Shown here: piece after piece, positions 28,341-37,892 of the stretch
Position numbering within the stretch: position 1 is the stretch's first letter
How the letters are laid out: the number at the start of each line of letters is the position of its first letter
Origin: an uncultured bacterium
Lineage (GTDB): Bacteria > Patescibacteriota > Minisyncoccia > Phycocordibacterales > GWA1-40-21
Assembly: GCA_903831305.1 (NCBI GenBank)
Contig: CAIKXE010000011.1
Span: forward strand, 12,002 to 76,001
Reading direction: 5' to 3'
Length of the DNA: 64,000 nt
Position numbers and translations under genes: made by a program
Notes under the pieces: model-generated
Told to the model about the DNA's origin: nothing
The model's input: the letters and a program-made list of their open reading frames with translations, nothing else
Database searches by the model: none

Positions 28341-28982
28341 ATGAGATTGTATTTATCATCATTTAAAATAGGAAATCACCCAGAGAGATTAGCTGATTTA
28401 ACTGATGGTGGTAAGAAAGCGGTCTTTATCGTTAATGCTTTGGATTATAAGTTGGAATCTCGAAATAAATTTTTAGCAAGCGAAATCCAAATGCTTGGTG
28501 AGTTAGGTTATGATGTTGAAGAATTGGATTTGAGGATGTGGTTTGGCAAGAAAGAAAAAGATCTTGAAGAATATCTAAGAACAAAGAATCTCGTTTGGGT
28601 TAATGGAGGGAATTCCTTCTTACTTAGAAGAGCTATGAAACAAAGTGGGTTTGATAAAATTATAACTAAGCTTCTGAAAGAGGACGTGATTGTTTATGCC
28701 GGCTTTAGTGCCGGATGTGCTGTCCTTCATAAGGATTTGCACGGAATTGATATAACTGATGATCCATACATCTTAGCCGAAGGATATCATAAGAATGTTG
28801 AATGGGTGGGTCTCGATATTATTGATTTCAATATTGTGACTCATTTTGATTCTAATCAGAATGAGTCAGACGAGTCCAGAAAGGAGATGAAATTTTATAA
28901 AGATAATAATATACCATTTAAGACATTACGTGACGGTGAGGTCTTAATCGTTAATGGCAAAAATGTAGAAATAATAAAATAA
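28341..28982 (+). CDS. S51-family peptidase (dipeptidase E/cyanophycinase-like)
   Basis: VWVNGGNSFLLRR and VYAGFSAGCAV (Ser nucleophile context). Confidence 0.7.
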   Translation: MRLYLSSFKIGNHPERLADLTDGGKKAVFIVNALDYKLESRNKFLASEIQMLGELGYDVEELDLRMWFGKKEKDLEEYLRTKNLVWVNGGNSFLLRRAMKQSGFDKIITKLLKEDVIVYAGFSAGCAVLHKDLHGIDITDDPYILAEGYHKNVEWVGLDIIDFNIVTHFDSNQNESDESRKEMKFYKDNNIPFKTLRDGEVLIVNGKNVEIIK

Positions 28983-28983
28983 T

Positions 28984-30216
28984 ATGAGATACATAGTTAC
29001 CAAAAATAAACAGATAAAAAAAAGAATGCGCTCTTTTAACGAATATTATTCATTATTAAGAGAGGCAATAGTTAGCGGTAATCTCAAAAGTTCATTAGAC
29101 CGTGGTGCTTTTACGCATCCAAAACAAATCTTAAATCGTGAAATTATAAATTCTCTTGGTCTAAAAAGACATAGGATTTCTTTAGGTTATGGTCAAGAGG
29201 TTGGAGAAGATATCGTCAGAGAAAAGATTGTCGAACGAGAGAATCTTATTCATGGTACAGATTATAATCTAGAAAATGTAACGGTGGTTGCTGGGGCATG
29301 GTTTGGTGTTGAGGTTGTTATTGAGGAAATTACACAAAAATATGCAAATAAGAAACCAAAAATTGCTGTAATTGGCCCCACTCATTATCAGTTGTTCCAA
29401 AGACCAATTGAAGTCCTCGGTTTGGAGGTAATAGGTTTTGACTTCGTAAATTTTAAAGGTAGTACTCCTAAGACAAAGGAAGAAATTGATCAGATATTAA
29501 AATGTAAGCCAAACGTTGTTTTTGTTACTAATCCTAATAATCCAATTGGAGAATATTTTCCATCAAATTTACTTAGGTATCTTATCTCAACATGTAAAAA
29601 GAGGAAAATATTTGTCATTATTGATGAAATGCAGAATTTTTTAGCTACAGATGGTAAAGGAATAAATTATGGAAAATGGATAAAAGCTAAAAATGTTATC
29701 CGTATAGATTCTTTTTCAAAGCATTATGCTTTGGCAGAATATCGCGTTGGATGGGTTATTGCTGATAAAAGTATTATTGGTAGCAGATATACTGGAATCA
29801 CACAACATGTAAGAGGCTTGATGGGTAATGCTCCAAGGGCCGCGAATGATGCCATTGTAAAATTATTAGACTTTGAGATAAACGAGATTAGAAATAAAAT
29901 AGAGCATCCTCTGGGACGAAGAATTAAGCTGTTGTATAAAAAAGAGGATTTTATAATTAAACTTCTTTCTAAGAACCCAAGAATAGAAATAATACATAGA
30001 GATGCCTGTTTTAATTTGACCGTCAGAATAAAAGACTTTCCAAGTGATATAGAAATGTCGAGACGATTGATGAACCGTGGTACTCTAATTATGCCATGCA
30101 CTGGTTATGGGTATCGAACTGAGGACGTGGTTATGAGGATAACTTTTGCGGAAAGATGGAGTAGAATAAAGCATTCCATGGCAGTTCTGACTAGTATATT
30201 GAATGAAAAAAAATGA
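28984..30216 (+). CDS. PLP-dependent aminotransferase, class I/II
   Basis: DSFSKHYALAEYRVGWVIA, the S-x-S-K...R-x-G PLP-lysine motif. Confidence 0.75.
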   Translation: MRYIVTKNKQIKKRMRSFNEYYSLLREAIVSGNLKSSLDRGAFTHPKQILNREIINSLGLKRHRISLGYGQEVGEDIVREKIVERENLIHGTDYNLENVTVVAGAWFGVEVVIEEITQKYANKKPKIAVIGPTHYQLFQRPIEVLGLEVIGFDFVNFKGSTPKTKEEIDQILKCKPNVVFVTNPNNPIGEYFPSNLLRYLISTCKKRKIFVIIDEMQNFLATDGKGINYGKWIKAKNVIRIDSFSKHYALAEYRVGWVIADKSIIGSRYTGITQHVRGLMGNAPRAANDAIVKLLDFEINEIRNKIEHPLGRRIKLLYKKEDFIIKLLSKNPRIEIIHRDACFNLTVRIKDFPSDIEMSRRLMNRGTLIMPCTGYGYRTEDVVMRITFAERWSRIKHSMAVLTSILNEKK

Positions 30217-31607
30217 AAGAAAAAGTTTGGATAAAATTTTATGAAGGAGGTGTCTTAAGGGAAGAATTGACCTTTATACAAGCTGAAGAAAGAATTAAGG
30301 CAAAAGTCGCTGAATTGTCTCAACTTGGTATTGAGAATGGGGATCGTGTTGTAATTAGACTACCTAATTCACCTCTGTGTGTTATAACATATTTGGGAAT
30401 ATACCGTTTGGGTGCCGTAGCTGTTCCCGTCGGTCTATTGGAGGATCAGATTAGGTTGAATTTTATAATCTCTGACTCCGGATCAAAAGCAATAATTGAT
30501 AATTCTGGTATTAAGATCTTACCTTTAAAATCTTTGAATAATAAAATAAAGAGTGTCTGTACGATAATTTATACTTCTGGGACGACTGGTACGCCTAAGG
30601 GTGTATGTTTAAATTGGAATAACTGGGTGAAGAATGCAGAGTCGTTAATTAAGCACCATCATATTAATGAAAATACGGTTTTTGCGAGTCCTCTTTTTTT
30701 GTCGCATTGTAACGCTCATGGTTTGGCAATGATCACTACATATATCTCGAAATGTACGTGGATATTGTTTGATAAAAGTCCGAAAAATATCTTGGAAATA
30801 ATTTCAAAAGAAAAAGTACGTATTCTTAGTGTGGTCCCGTCCATTTTATATGATATTTATAATTCAAATAAAAATTGGAAGCCAAATAAAGAACTTCGGT
30901 ATATCATAACCGCGGCTGCGCCACTGAGCCCCGATCTGTTACAAAGCGTTATGGATACTTGGAAGACTAGGGTAATTCAAGGTTATGGTCTCTCAGAAAG
31001 TACTAATTTTTCATGTACTATGCCGACCAATCTAAGTGAAAAGGTATATAAACAGGTAATGTTTCCATGGCCATCTATTGGTGTGGCATTAAGTGGAGTT
31101 AAAATAAAGATAGGTCGTAAAAATAAAGAGGAAGAATTGGGGGAATTATTTATATCATCAAAATCAAACTTTAGTGGATATTGGAATAAAGATAAGATCA
31201 AACTAAGGCCGACTATTCATACGGGCGATTGGGGTTATTACAAAACTATAGCACGAAAAAGATACTTTTATTTTAAGGGAAGAATTAAGGAAATAATAAA
31301 TAGGGGTGGTGAAAAAATTAGTCCAATTGAATTGGAATATGAGTTAAGAAAAAATGGCTTGAAGGGAGAATTCGCTATAATATCATTGCGTAGTGAAAAA
31401 TATGGTGAAGAAGTTGGCCTTGCAGTTTGCAAACATTTTGATCTGTCGTTAATCGAGAAGATACCAAGATATCGTAGACCAAAACAGGTATTTCTTCTAA
31501 AGACTCTCTTTTATACACCGAATGGTAAATTACAAAGGAGGAAAATTTCAGAATTTTGTTGTAATAGTAAAGCTGAAATACTAATTAACCCGGATCCATT
31601 GACTTAA
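30213..31607 (+). CDS. AMP-dependent synthetase/ligase (second adenylate-forming enzyme)
   Basis: IIYTSGTTGTPKGV, QGYGLSEST, HTGDWGY, PNGKLQRR. Confidence 0.85.
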   Translation: MKEKVWIKFYEGGVLREELTFIQAEERIKAKVAELSQLGIENGDRVVIRLPNSPLCVITYLGIYRLGAVAVPVGLLEDQIRLNFIISDSGSKAIIDNSGIKILPLKSLNNKIKSVCTIIYTSGTTGTPKGVCLNWNNWVKNAESLIKHHHINENTVFASPLFLSHCNAHGLAMITTYISKCTWILFDKSPKNILEIISKEKVRILSVVPSILYDIYNSNKNWKPNKELRYIITAAAPLSPDLLQSVMDTWKTRVIQGYGLSESTNFSCTMPTNLSEKVYKQVMFPWPSIGVALSGVKIKIGRKNKEEELGELFISSKSNFSGYWNKDKIKLRPTIHTGDWGYYKTIARKRYFYFKGRIKEIINRGGEKISPIELEYELRKNGLKGEFAIISLRSEKYGEEVGLAVCKHFDLSLIEKIPRYRRPKQVFLLKTLFYTPNGKLQRRKISEFCCNSKAEILINPDPLT

Positions 31608-31654
31608 TCTCCTTGAGATGGTAAACTTGGTTTAGATTTTGTTTATAGGTAAGA

Positions 31655-32980
31655 ATGTACATTAACAAGCCACCCATAACGGTGGCAGAAAGGGAGTGTT
31701 ATATGTGGCAGATAAAGGTTCTTCTTGAGAAGTTCGTGTCGTTACTTGGTGTCGAAGTCAAGGTACGTGGACGGATCATCTCGATTCGTCGAATGAAGAG
31801 ATCAGTATTCGCTGATCTTTTTTCCATCGACTCGAAAGTACAATGTCGCTTTGATCCGGCAGGCGGTCTCTGCCCGAACAATGGCGACTTGGTTGAGGTC
31901 GTTGGGAAATGTGTTGTGTCAAAGAGTGGTGAATCGACGATTGACGTCTCAAGCGTAGTGGTTGTGGGCAAATGGTCTGCTAACATCGACTTTAAGGAAG
32001 TGTCGAATGGCGGATCTAGTCCACTTCTGGCTTTCATGCCAGGGGCGTATGGTCGCTTCCACTACTCACAGGTCGCTAGAAACCAAGTGAGGACATTCTT
32101 GACTTCCGAGGGTTATTTCGAGGTTCAGACCCCAATTCTTGGAAGGAATTACAACGGAGGTAGATCCTTTCCTGTATCGAGCTTTTGTTCTGGTAACAGG
32201 ATTGGTTTCAACAGAACGACGGTGGAAGATCGCATGCAAGCATTGATTGCAATGGGGTACGAAAGAGTTTTCCAGGTCGGTAGTGTGTTTCGTAGCGGAA
32301 AGGAATTAACCTTCCTCGAAGGGTACGAAGCATTCACTGAATGGGAAGCCGGCAAATGTCGTATCAAGCAGTTGCTTGCATCTGTAGTAGAAAAGCTCAT
32401 TCAAAGCGGAATCGGGAGTCCAAATGACACATCCGACCACCTGATTGGTTGTGATTGGTTAGAAGTGGATTTCCTTGACAGTGTGAGTGAGTCGACTAAG
32501 GTGTCGTCACAGCAGATAATGGAGGTAGACAGTACTCTTGCTGGATTTCTCAGAGATAGAGGGGTCATTAAGGAGGAAGAAGTATCGCCAGAAACCATCG
32601 CCGACGAACTGGCTAATCTTGTCGCCGAGGCGACGGGTGTGCCAACGATAGTCAATGGTTTTCCGGTCTGGTCATCTCCGTTGTATGCATTAAGTGAGGA
32701 TGGTGGTGAACGACTCGTTCGTAGTCGCATGTACATTCCAGGTCAAAAGGGTGGGTTTGAAATAGGTATGCAGGAAAACAATTACGAGAGATTTACTGAA
32801 AGGATTTCCCGACAGCGAAAGATGTGGAATTTGGCTACTGATGACGACCGAGTGAGAGAGTCGGATCTCTCTACGGTTATATCAGGTGGCTTACCACCAA
32901 CCTTTGGCTACGGGCTCAGTCCAGACAGACTCGTAAAGATATGGCGTCAGGATTGCAGTAATGACCCATATCGTGAGTAG
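31655..32980 (+). CDS. class IIb aminoacyl-tRNA synthetase paralog (AsnRS/AspRS/LysRS-like) with N-terminal OB-fold and apparently shortened motif-2 loop; GC-rich, compositionally foreign
   Basis: OB-like VEVKVRGRIISIRRMKRSVFADL. Motif 1 GYFEVQTPIL. Motif 2 core VFQVGSVFRSG-KELTFLEGYEAF lacks the ~8-aa ...RH..EF... loop. Motif 3 GGLPPTFGYGLSPDRLV. GC is visibly far above the flanks. Confidence 0.65.
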   Translation: MYINKPPITVAERECYMWQIKVLLEKFVSLLGVEVKVRGRIISIRRMKRSVFADLFSIDSKVQCRFDPAGGLCPNNGDLVEVVGKCVVSKSGESTIDVSSVVVVGKWSANIDFKEVSNGGSSPLLAFMPGAYGRFHYSQVARNQVRTFLTSEGYFEVQTPILGRNYNGGRSFPVSSFCSGNRIGFNRTTVEDRMQALIAMGYERVFQVGSVFRSGKELTFLEGYEAFTEWEAGKCRIKQLLASVVEKLIQSGIGSPNDTSDHLIGCDWLEVDFLDSVSESTKVSSQQIMEVDSTLAGFLRDRGVIKEEEVSPETIADELANLVAEATGVPTIVNGFPVWSSPLYALSEDGGERLVRSRMYIPGQKGGFEIGMQENNYERFTERISRQRKMWNLATDDDRVRESDLSTVISGGLPPTFGYGLSPDRLVKIWRQDCSNDPYRE

Positions 32981-33102
32981 GTGTTTCTCGAAGGTTTGAG
33001 AACCCATCCATGAAGCCGCCGAGGTTACACTCGGCGGCTCTTTCATCATTTATAAATATTTTTTCGCTTTCTTTTTATGTTTTTTTATGTTTAGATAGTT
33101 GT

Positions 33103-33507
33103 ATGTTGAACGATATTTTAACTATTTCAATCTCAGAGAAGTATATCGGTAGTAGTGGGTGTGTGAATCGCACTCATTATCTGAACTTACTTATGGAAGC
33201 ACAAAATATTTCTTTGATTAAGCACAAAATAAGTTTTGATGATATTGAGAAAAAAAATAATATACATTTTGTTCAAAGAGCATTTTCTATTGAATTTATT
33301 AAGCCTTTATTTCTGAATGATGAGGTCGTTATAAAAATATCAATACCCACACTTGGTTTGTCCAGTTTTGTATTAAAACAAGAGATTACAAAAAATAATC
33401 AAATTGTAACAACTGCCCAGACCGTGTATGTTGCCGTTGACAACTCAAAGAATAAAATATTATTACCTGATAGTATTCGAACTTTATTTTCATTAAAAAA
33501 GGGGTAA
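33103..33507 (+). CDS. hotdog-fold acyl-CoA thioesterase-like protein (tentative)
   Basis: From the internal ATG at 33103 (MLNDIL...). VNRTHYLNLLMEA resembles 4HBT/YbgC thioesterases. The upstream part of the track ORF (33010-33102) is hydrophobic junk adjoining the GC-rich gene. Confidence 0.45.
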   Translation: MLNDILTISISEKYIGSSGCVNRTHYLNLLMEAQNISLIKHKISFDDIEKKNNIHFVQRAFSIEFIKPLFLNDEVVIKISIPTLGLSSFVLKQEITKNNQIVTTAQTVYVAVDNSKNKILLPDSIRTLFSLKKG

Positions 33508-33520
33508 TTATATAAATAAT

Positions 33521-34006
33521 ATGAAACTTACGCCTAAAATTGCAAAATTAACAGCTGAAAAGTATTTTAGAAAGCATAAAGATAAGGAGGAACGGGACTT
33601 TGCTAGGGTTCATACTGCGGCCGTAGTTGAAATAGCAGTAATTCTTGCAAAAAAGTTTAAAACGGATGTTTCTACAGTAGAAATATCTGGCTGGCTTCAT
33701 GATATCGGTTCTATCGTAGAGAGATCTGATCACGCTAAATACAGCCTTGATTTATTGAACAAAGAAGGATTTGAAGTCAGTCCGTTGATTAAGGATTGTA
33801 TTCTTAATCACGGGACAGATGGCAAACCGGAATCTAAAGAGGCTAAAATACTACAGATAGCGGACAAGCTCAGTATTTTGAGTATTCCTGTACTTAAACT
33901 CTTATTTAAACAAAAAAGCATCACCCCGTATGATATTGAATTTGTTGATAAAATGACAACAGGAGCGGTAGCTTACCTGAAAGAATTAAGCACAAAAGGA
34001 ATATAA
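33521..34006 (+). CDS. HD-domain protein
   Basis: RVHTAA, SGWLHDIGS, NHGTDG. Confidence 0.6.
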   Translation: MKLTPKIAKLTAEKYFRKHKDKEERDFARVHTAAVVEIAVILAKKFKTDVSTVEISGWLHDIGSIVERSDHAKYSLDLLNKEGFEVSPLIKDCILNHGTDGKPESKEAKILQIADKLSILSIPVLKLLFKQKSITPYDIEFVDKMTTGAVAYLKELSTKGI

Positions 34007-34617
34007 TGCTTCACGATATTACTTTCATAGCAATTGGCGTCATAGTTCTAGGAATAATCATCTTTCTCATCTCCAAAAACCTAAAACGAACCGCCCAAGT
34101 GATGTCCGGCTGGGGGATATACGAGGCGTATAATTTCTCTGTCGATTATGTTCTCTGGCCGGTCTTGCAGTCCCTCTACGGACTGTATGGTATTTTGATT
34201 TTAATTGTCATGGCCTTGATCAACAACTTTATCATCCTACTCTGGTATCACCGGAAGAAAGTTGACTGGTTGGGAGTCAGTGAAGTGGAGAATTTGAAGG
34301 CCAAGGGTCACTTATGGGTCCATCAGGTCAGTAATCATGAGAACTTGGTAAGAAGATTCAGTCTGTACCTCCCAGCCAAGTTCCTGCAATTTATGATTTG
34401 GATTCTTAATAAGAATGATATCTTTGCTTTCGTAACCCTTTCCGTCTGGCAGGATTCTTTTATTACTACCATTTTTCTCCGACACGGCTCCTTTGAAAAG
34501 TTAGATAAGCGTGATTACTTTATCTTTATTTTTAGCACCATTTTTGGCTGTTTGGGTTGGAGTTTGCTTATGCAGGTCATAATTACCGCCATCAGAGCTA
34601 TTTTAGGTTTTTTCTGA
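34006..34617 (+). CDS. hypothetical integral membrane protein
   Basis: About 5 hydrophobic helices. No motif. Confidence 0.5.
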   Translation: MLHDITFIAIGVIVLGIIIFLISKNLKRTAQVMSGWGIYEAYNFSVDYVLWPVLQSLYGLYGILILIVMALINNFIILLWYHRKKVDWLGVSEVENLKAKGHLWVHQVSNHENLVRRFSLYLPAKFLQFMIWILNKNDIFAFVTLSVWQDSFITTIFLRHGSFEKLDKRDYFIFIFSTIFGCLGWSLLMQVIITAIRAILGFF

Positions 34618-34621
34618 TATA

Positions 34622-35008
34622 ATGTCTGACATGGATCGGAAATCTAAAATCCTGCTGACAGTTTTCCTTTTGCTTTTGATTGGCACTATTGCTGTGACGG
34701 TTTATAAGTATGGAATCAAGAAGGATTATCTAATTGCCGGGCAAGCTCCTTGTGATATTCAAACGGAGGCCTGTTTTTATTTTCCTTGTGAAGAAGGTGA
34801 TGCAACCTGTGATCTGGCCGAAATAGAATATTACAAAAAAGTCGAAAAGAAAGCCTACAACATTACCTTATGTGACCCAGCGGTGGAAGGTTGTAACCCT
34901 CTGGTTTGTACAGAAGGGGAAAATGATTGCACTGTCACCTATTGCTCCTCTGATACGCTGGATGAAGGAGAAGAATGTTCAACCGCTACACCCGCAATAC
35001 AAGAATAA
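34622..35008 (+). CDS. small Cys-rich (10 Cys) membrane-anchored/secreted protein
   Basis: Signal anchor LLTVFLLLLIGTIAV. The Cys spacing suggests a disulfide-rich extracytoplasmic domain. Confidence 0.5.
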   Translation: MSDMDRKSKILLTVFLLLLIGTIAVTVYKYGIKKDYLIAGQAPCDIQTEACFYFPCEEGDATCDLAEIEYYKKVEKKAYNITLCDPAVEGCNPLVCTEGENDCTVTYCSSDTLDEGEECSTATPAIQE

Positions 35009-35017
35009 TATACTGTT

Positions 35018-35770
35018 ATGAACCTAGACGAAATCTACACACCGCTCGAAGAAGCGAAGGAAGAAATACAGAGAAGATGGGAAGACAAGGAGCTGAAGAA
35101 AAAAGTGGATGAGTTTTTAGGTGGCGATATTCCGGATTTTCTGCTGGATAGTCCCAAGGCATATTTGGCTAGGCACGTGGCTAGCCCTAATTTTGAATTT
35201 TTCCGGTTTTTGGAGCAAGCTCACAATACAAATATGGATTATATTGTCCCCGAATATTTAAATGATAAATTTCATCCGGCCAATTCAATGAAATATCACC
35301 TGGGAAGAATCTTTATTTATAACGGAAAGAACAAAAACGGCGGTCATAATATTGAGTCTGAAACTATTATTGATTTTAATAAATCAAATGGAAAGAAGTT
35401 TACTGAAATGGTAACCATGTGGGATGAAAATTTTGTCGATTTTCACCATCGTATTTTAAAAGATAAGGTTTGCGATTCCCATCTAAAGGTTTGTAATATG
35501 TCAGATTGGATAAAAAAAATGGGGGATACCCCGGAAAAGTTTTATGTGTATTTTTTAGCCCTATTCATTAGAAATGGAATTTTATTTGAAAACTTTTTAA
35601 ACAACAATGAAGAAAGGATGTTTACCCTGGAAAATGTTATCCCTAGCTTAAAAATTTTACTTAAAAAGTTTGGTGTTAAACCTTTAATTGTTAGGCTTGT
35701 ACCCAAAGAAACAGAGGAAGATATTTATTGGTTATGTTATAATAATAGTGTTAAAGATCATTTAAAATAA
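35018..35770 (+). CDS. hypothetical protein
   Basis: 250-aa ORF tightly packed in the operon. No motif recognised. Confidence 0.45.
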   Translation: MNLDEIYTPLEEAKEEIQRRWEDKELKKKVDEFLGGDIPDFLLDSPKAYLARHVASPNFEFFRFLEQAHNTNMDYIVPEYLNDKFHPANSMKYHLGRIFIYNGKNKNGGHNIESETIIDFNKSNGKKFTEMVTMWDENFVDFHHRILKDKVCDSHLKVCNMSDWIKKMGDTPEKFYVYFLALFIRNGILFENFLNNNEERMFTLENVIPSLKILLKKFGVKPLIVRLVPKETEEDIYWLCYNNSVKDHLK

Positions 35771-35772
35771 TT

Positions 35773-37404
35773 ATGTCATTTGATTTAATAAAGAATATTG
35801 AGATATGCTTTGCCTATAGATCTGAAGCTCCTCTAGCTTTGATTTACTATTCTCACCTTTCCACGGTTTGTATTGCAATTATTGTGGGTATCTTTGTTTT
35901 TGTAAAGGACAAAAATTCTCTATTAAGTATGCTCCTTTTGACGCTTTCTGCCTCCTTTTCTTCTTGGGTATTGTTGGATTATATTATATGGAATTGGGGG
36001 TATAACAGTATTTTGACAATGGTGGCCTGGTCGCTACTCGGAATTATGGCTGGTTTGATCTCAGTTTCATCCTTCTATTTTTTCTATGTTTTTTCTTTTA
36101 AAAAGGACTTGAGTTTTTCTAGTAAGAGTCTGTTGTTTGCACTATTACTGCCGATATTGTTTTTTACGCCTACAGTATTCAATCTTACCCATTTTGATTT
36201 AATTAACTGTGAAGCAACTGAAAACTTTTATTTTACTAATTATTACTATGCTCTTGGAGGACTTGCTATGGTTGGGATTTTACTTTTGGCCATTTTTGGC
36301 TGGAAAAGAGCTGAAAAGACCTTTAAAAAAGAAATAGCATTAATGGCTACGGGGTTAGAATTATTCTTATTTTCATTTTTCTCACTGGGATTTATTTCAA
36401 GCTATTTTGATAATTATAGTATTGAGTTTTATGGTTTAGTCGGCATTGCTATATTTATGGCCTTCCTCGCTTATCTCATTGTTAAATTTAAGACTTTTAA
36501 TATCAAATTAATTGGAACACAAGCCCTGGTCTGGGCGTCGGCGATTCTGATTGGGTCCCAATTCTTCTTTATTCAGACGAATGTAAATCGAGTTCTGACT
36601 GGCATTACTTTAATTGTCTTTTCCTTTGTCGGCTGGATGATTGTCCGTAGTGTCAAGAAGGAAATCAGACAGAAGCAGGAGATTGAGCATTTGTTAAAGA
36701 TCAAGTCAGAGTTTATAGATATTGTGTCTCATCAGTTACGAACCCCGGTGTCCGTGATAAAAGGAATGGCCTCAATGTTGAAAGAAGGGGATTTAGATGA
36801 TGCCCCTAAAGAGCAAAAGGACCAATTCATTGCCGGTATTTATGAGAAGTCGGAAAAGTTGGCAGATATTTTGAACGACATTTTGAAAGCAGCGGAATTG
36901 GATATGGACAATTTTACTTTTGCCCCTGGTAGCGTCAAACCGGTTAATTTGGTTTTGCTGGTAAAAGGAATATTTACTGACCTCACTAGTCTGGCGGAAA
37001 CCAAAAAGCTTAATTATCAAATTAAAATCAGCCCAGAAGTCAGTGATTTAAATTTACTGACCGACGAGTCATTCTTAAAACATGCCTTTCAAAATACCAT
37101 AGACAATGCCATTAAATATTCCCGAGAAGGTGGTTTTGTAACTGTGGACATAAGTAAAGAAGGCAACTATTTTCTGTGCAAGATTATTGATAGTGGAATC
37201 GGCATACCGGCGGATCAGGCTAGCCGATTATTTGAAAAGTTCTTCCGGGCCAAGAATGCGGTTGACGCCCACGCTTATGGTACCGGCCTAGGTTTGTTTA
37301 TTACCAGGAAGATTTTTGAAGCTCATGCCGGAGGGAAAATCTGGTTTGAGTCGGTTGTAGATAAGGGCACCACTTTTTACATAAAGTTACCAATAGTCAA
37401 ATAG
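35773..37404 (+). CDS. sensor histidine kinase with polytopic N-terminal membrane domain
   Basis: H-box SHQLRTPVSVIKGM. N-box and G2 box GTGLGLFITRKIFEAHAGGKIWFES. About 8 TM helices N-terminally. Confidence 0.85.
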   Translation: MSFDLIKNIEICFAYRSEAPLALIYYSHLSTVCIAIIVGIFVFVKDKNSLLSMLLLTLSASFSSWVLLDYIIWNWGYNSILTMVAWSLLGIMAGLISVSSFYFFYVFSFKKDLSFSSKSLLFALLLPILFFTPTVFNLTHFDLINCEATENFYFTNYYYALGGLAMVGILLLAIFGWKRAEKTFKKEIALMATGLELFLFSFFSLGFISSYFDNYSIEFYGLVGIAIFMAFLAYLIVKFKTFNIKLIGTQALVWASAILIGSQFFFIQTNVNRVLTGITLIVFSFVGWMIVRSVKKEIRQKQEIEHLLKIKSEFIDIVSHQLRTPVSVIKGMASMLKEGDLDDAPKEQKDQFIAGIYEKSEKLADILNDILKAAELDMDNFTFAPGSVKPVNLVLLVKGIFTDLTSLAETKKLNYQIKISPEVSDLNLLTDESFLKHAFQNTIDNAIKYSREGGFVTVDISKEGNYFLCKIIDSGIGIPADQASRLFEKFFRAKNAVDAHAYGTGLGLFITRKIFEAHAGGKIWFESVVDKGTTFYIKLPIVK

Positions 37405-37431
37405 GTATTTAGTAGTATAATTAAGATAAAT

Positions 37432-37809
37432 ATGAAAAAACTATTATACATTGATGATGATCAAGAACAATTAGACCTCTATAAAATGTCTTTTGCTATT
37501 AACGCCCCGCAAATTGATTTCTACACGGAAAGTGATCCGTTTAAGTCTATTAAAAGGATTAGAGAAATAAAACCAGATGTTGTGCTTTTGGATTTGGTAA
37601 TGTCCGCGGAAATGAGTGGAATCGATGTTCTTAAGCTTATTCGCAAGCAGGAAGATATCAAGGATATTTTGATAATTGCCTTTACTAATTCTATGCTTAC
37701 TAGTGTAGTCTCTGAGCTGAATAGTCTGGAAGTAACGGAAATCTGGGAGAAGATAAAGGGTACACCGAAGAGCTTTGCGCTGAAGATAAATAAGATTTTA
37801 AATTTGTAG
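37432..37809 (+). CDS. stand-alone response-regulator receiver domain (CheY-like, no output domain)
   Basis: Receiver fold DVVLLDLVMS. 125 aa only. Confidence 0.75.
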   Translation: MKKLLYIDDDQEQLDLYKMSFAINAPQIDFYTESDPFKSIKRIREIKPDVVLLDLVMSAEMSGIDVLKLIRKQEDIKDILIIAFTNSMLTSVVSELNSLEVTEIWEKIKGTPKSFALKINKILNL

Positions 37810-37834
37810 TCTATTCAATCCTGATAGAGTGACA

Positions 37835-37885
37835 TAAAAAAACGGCAGGACCCAATTAATTAAGGATCCCGCCGTTATTTTATTT
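37835..37885. terminator. bidirectional intrinsic terminator between convergent genes
   Basis: aaaaaaACGGCAGGACCC-aattaattaa-GGATCCCGCCGT-tattttattt. The GC stem is flanked by an A-run and a T-run. Confidence 0.6.
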
Positions 37886-37892
37886 ATGCTTT

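Noticed and set aside
31699-32736. Three long minus-strand ORFs (112, 83, 111 aa) inside the GC-rich aaRS-like gene
   Set aside because: Stop-poor antisense frames are expected in high-GC DNA. The sense-strand product has clear class II aaRS motifs, and these ORFs have low-complexity P/S/T-rich translations.
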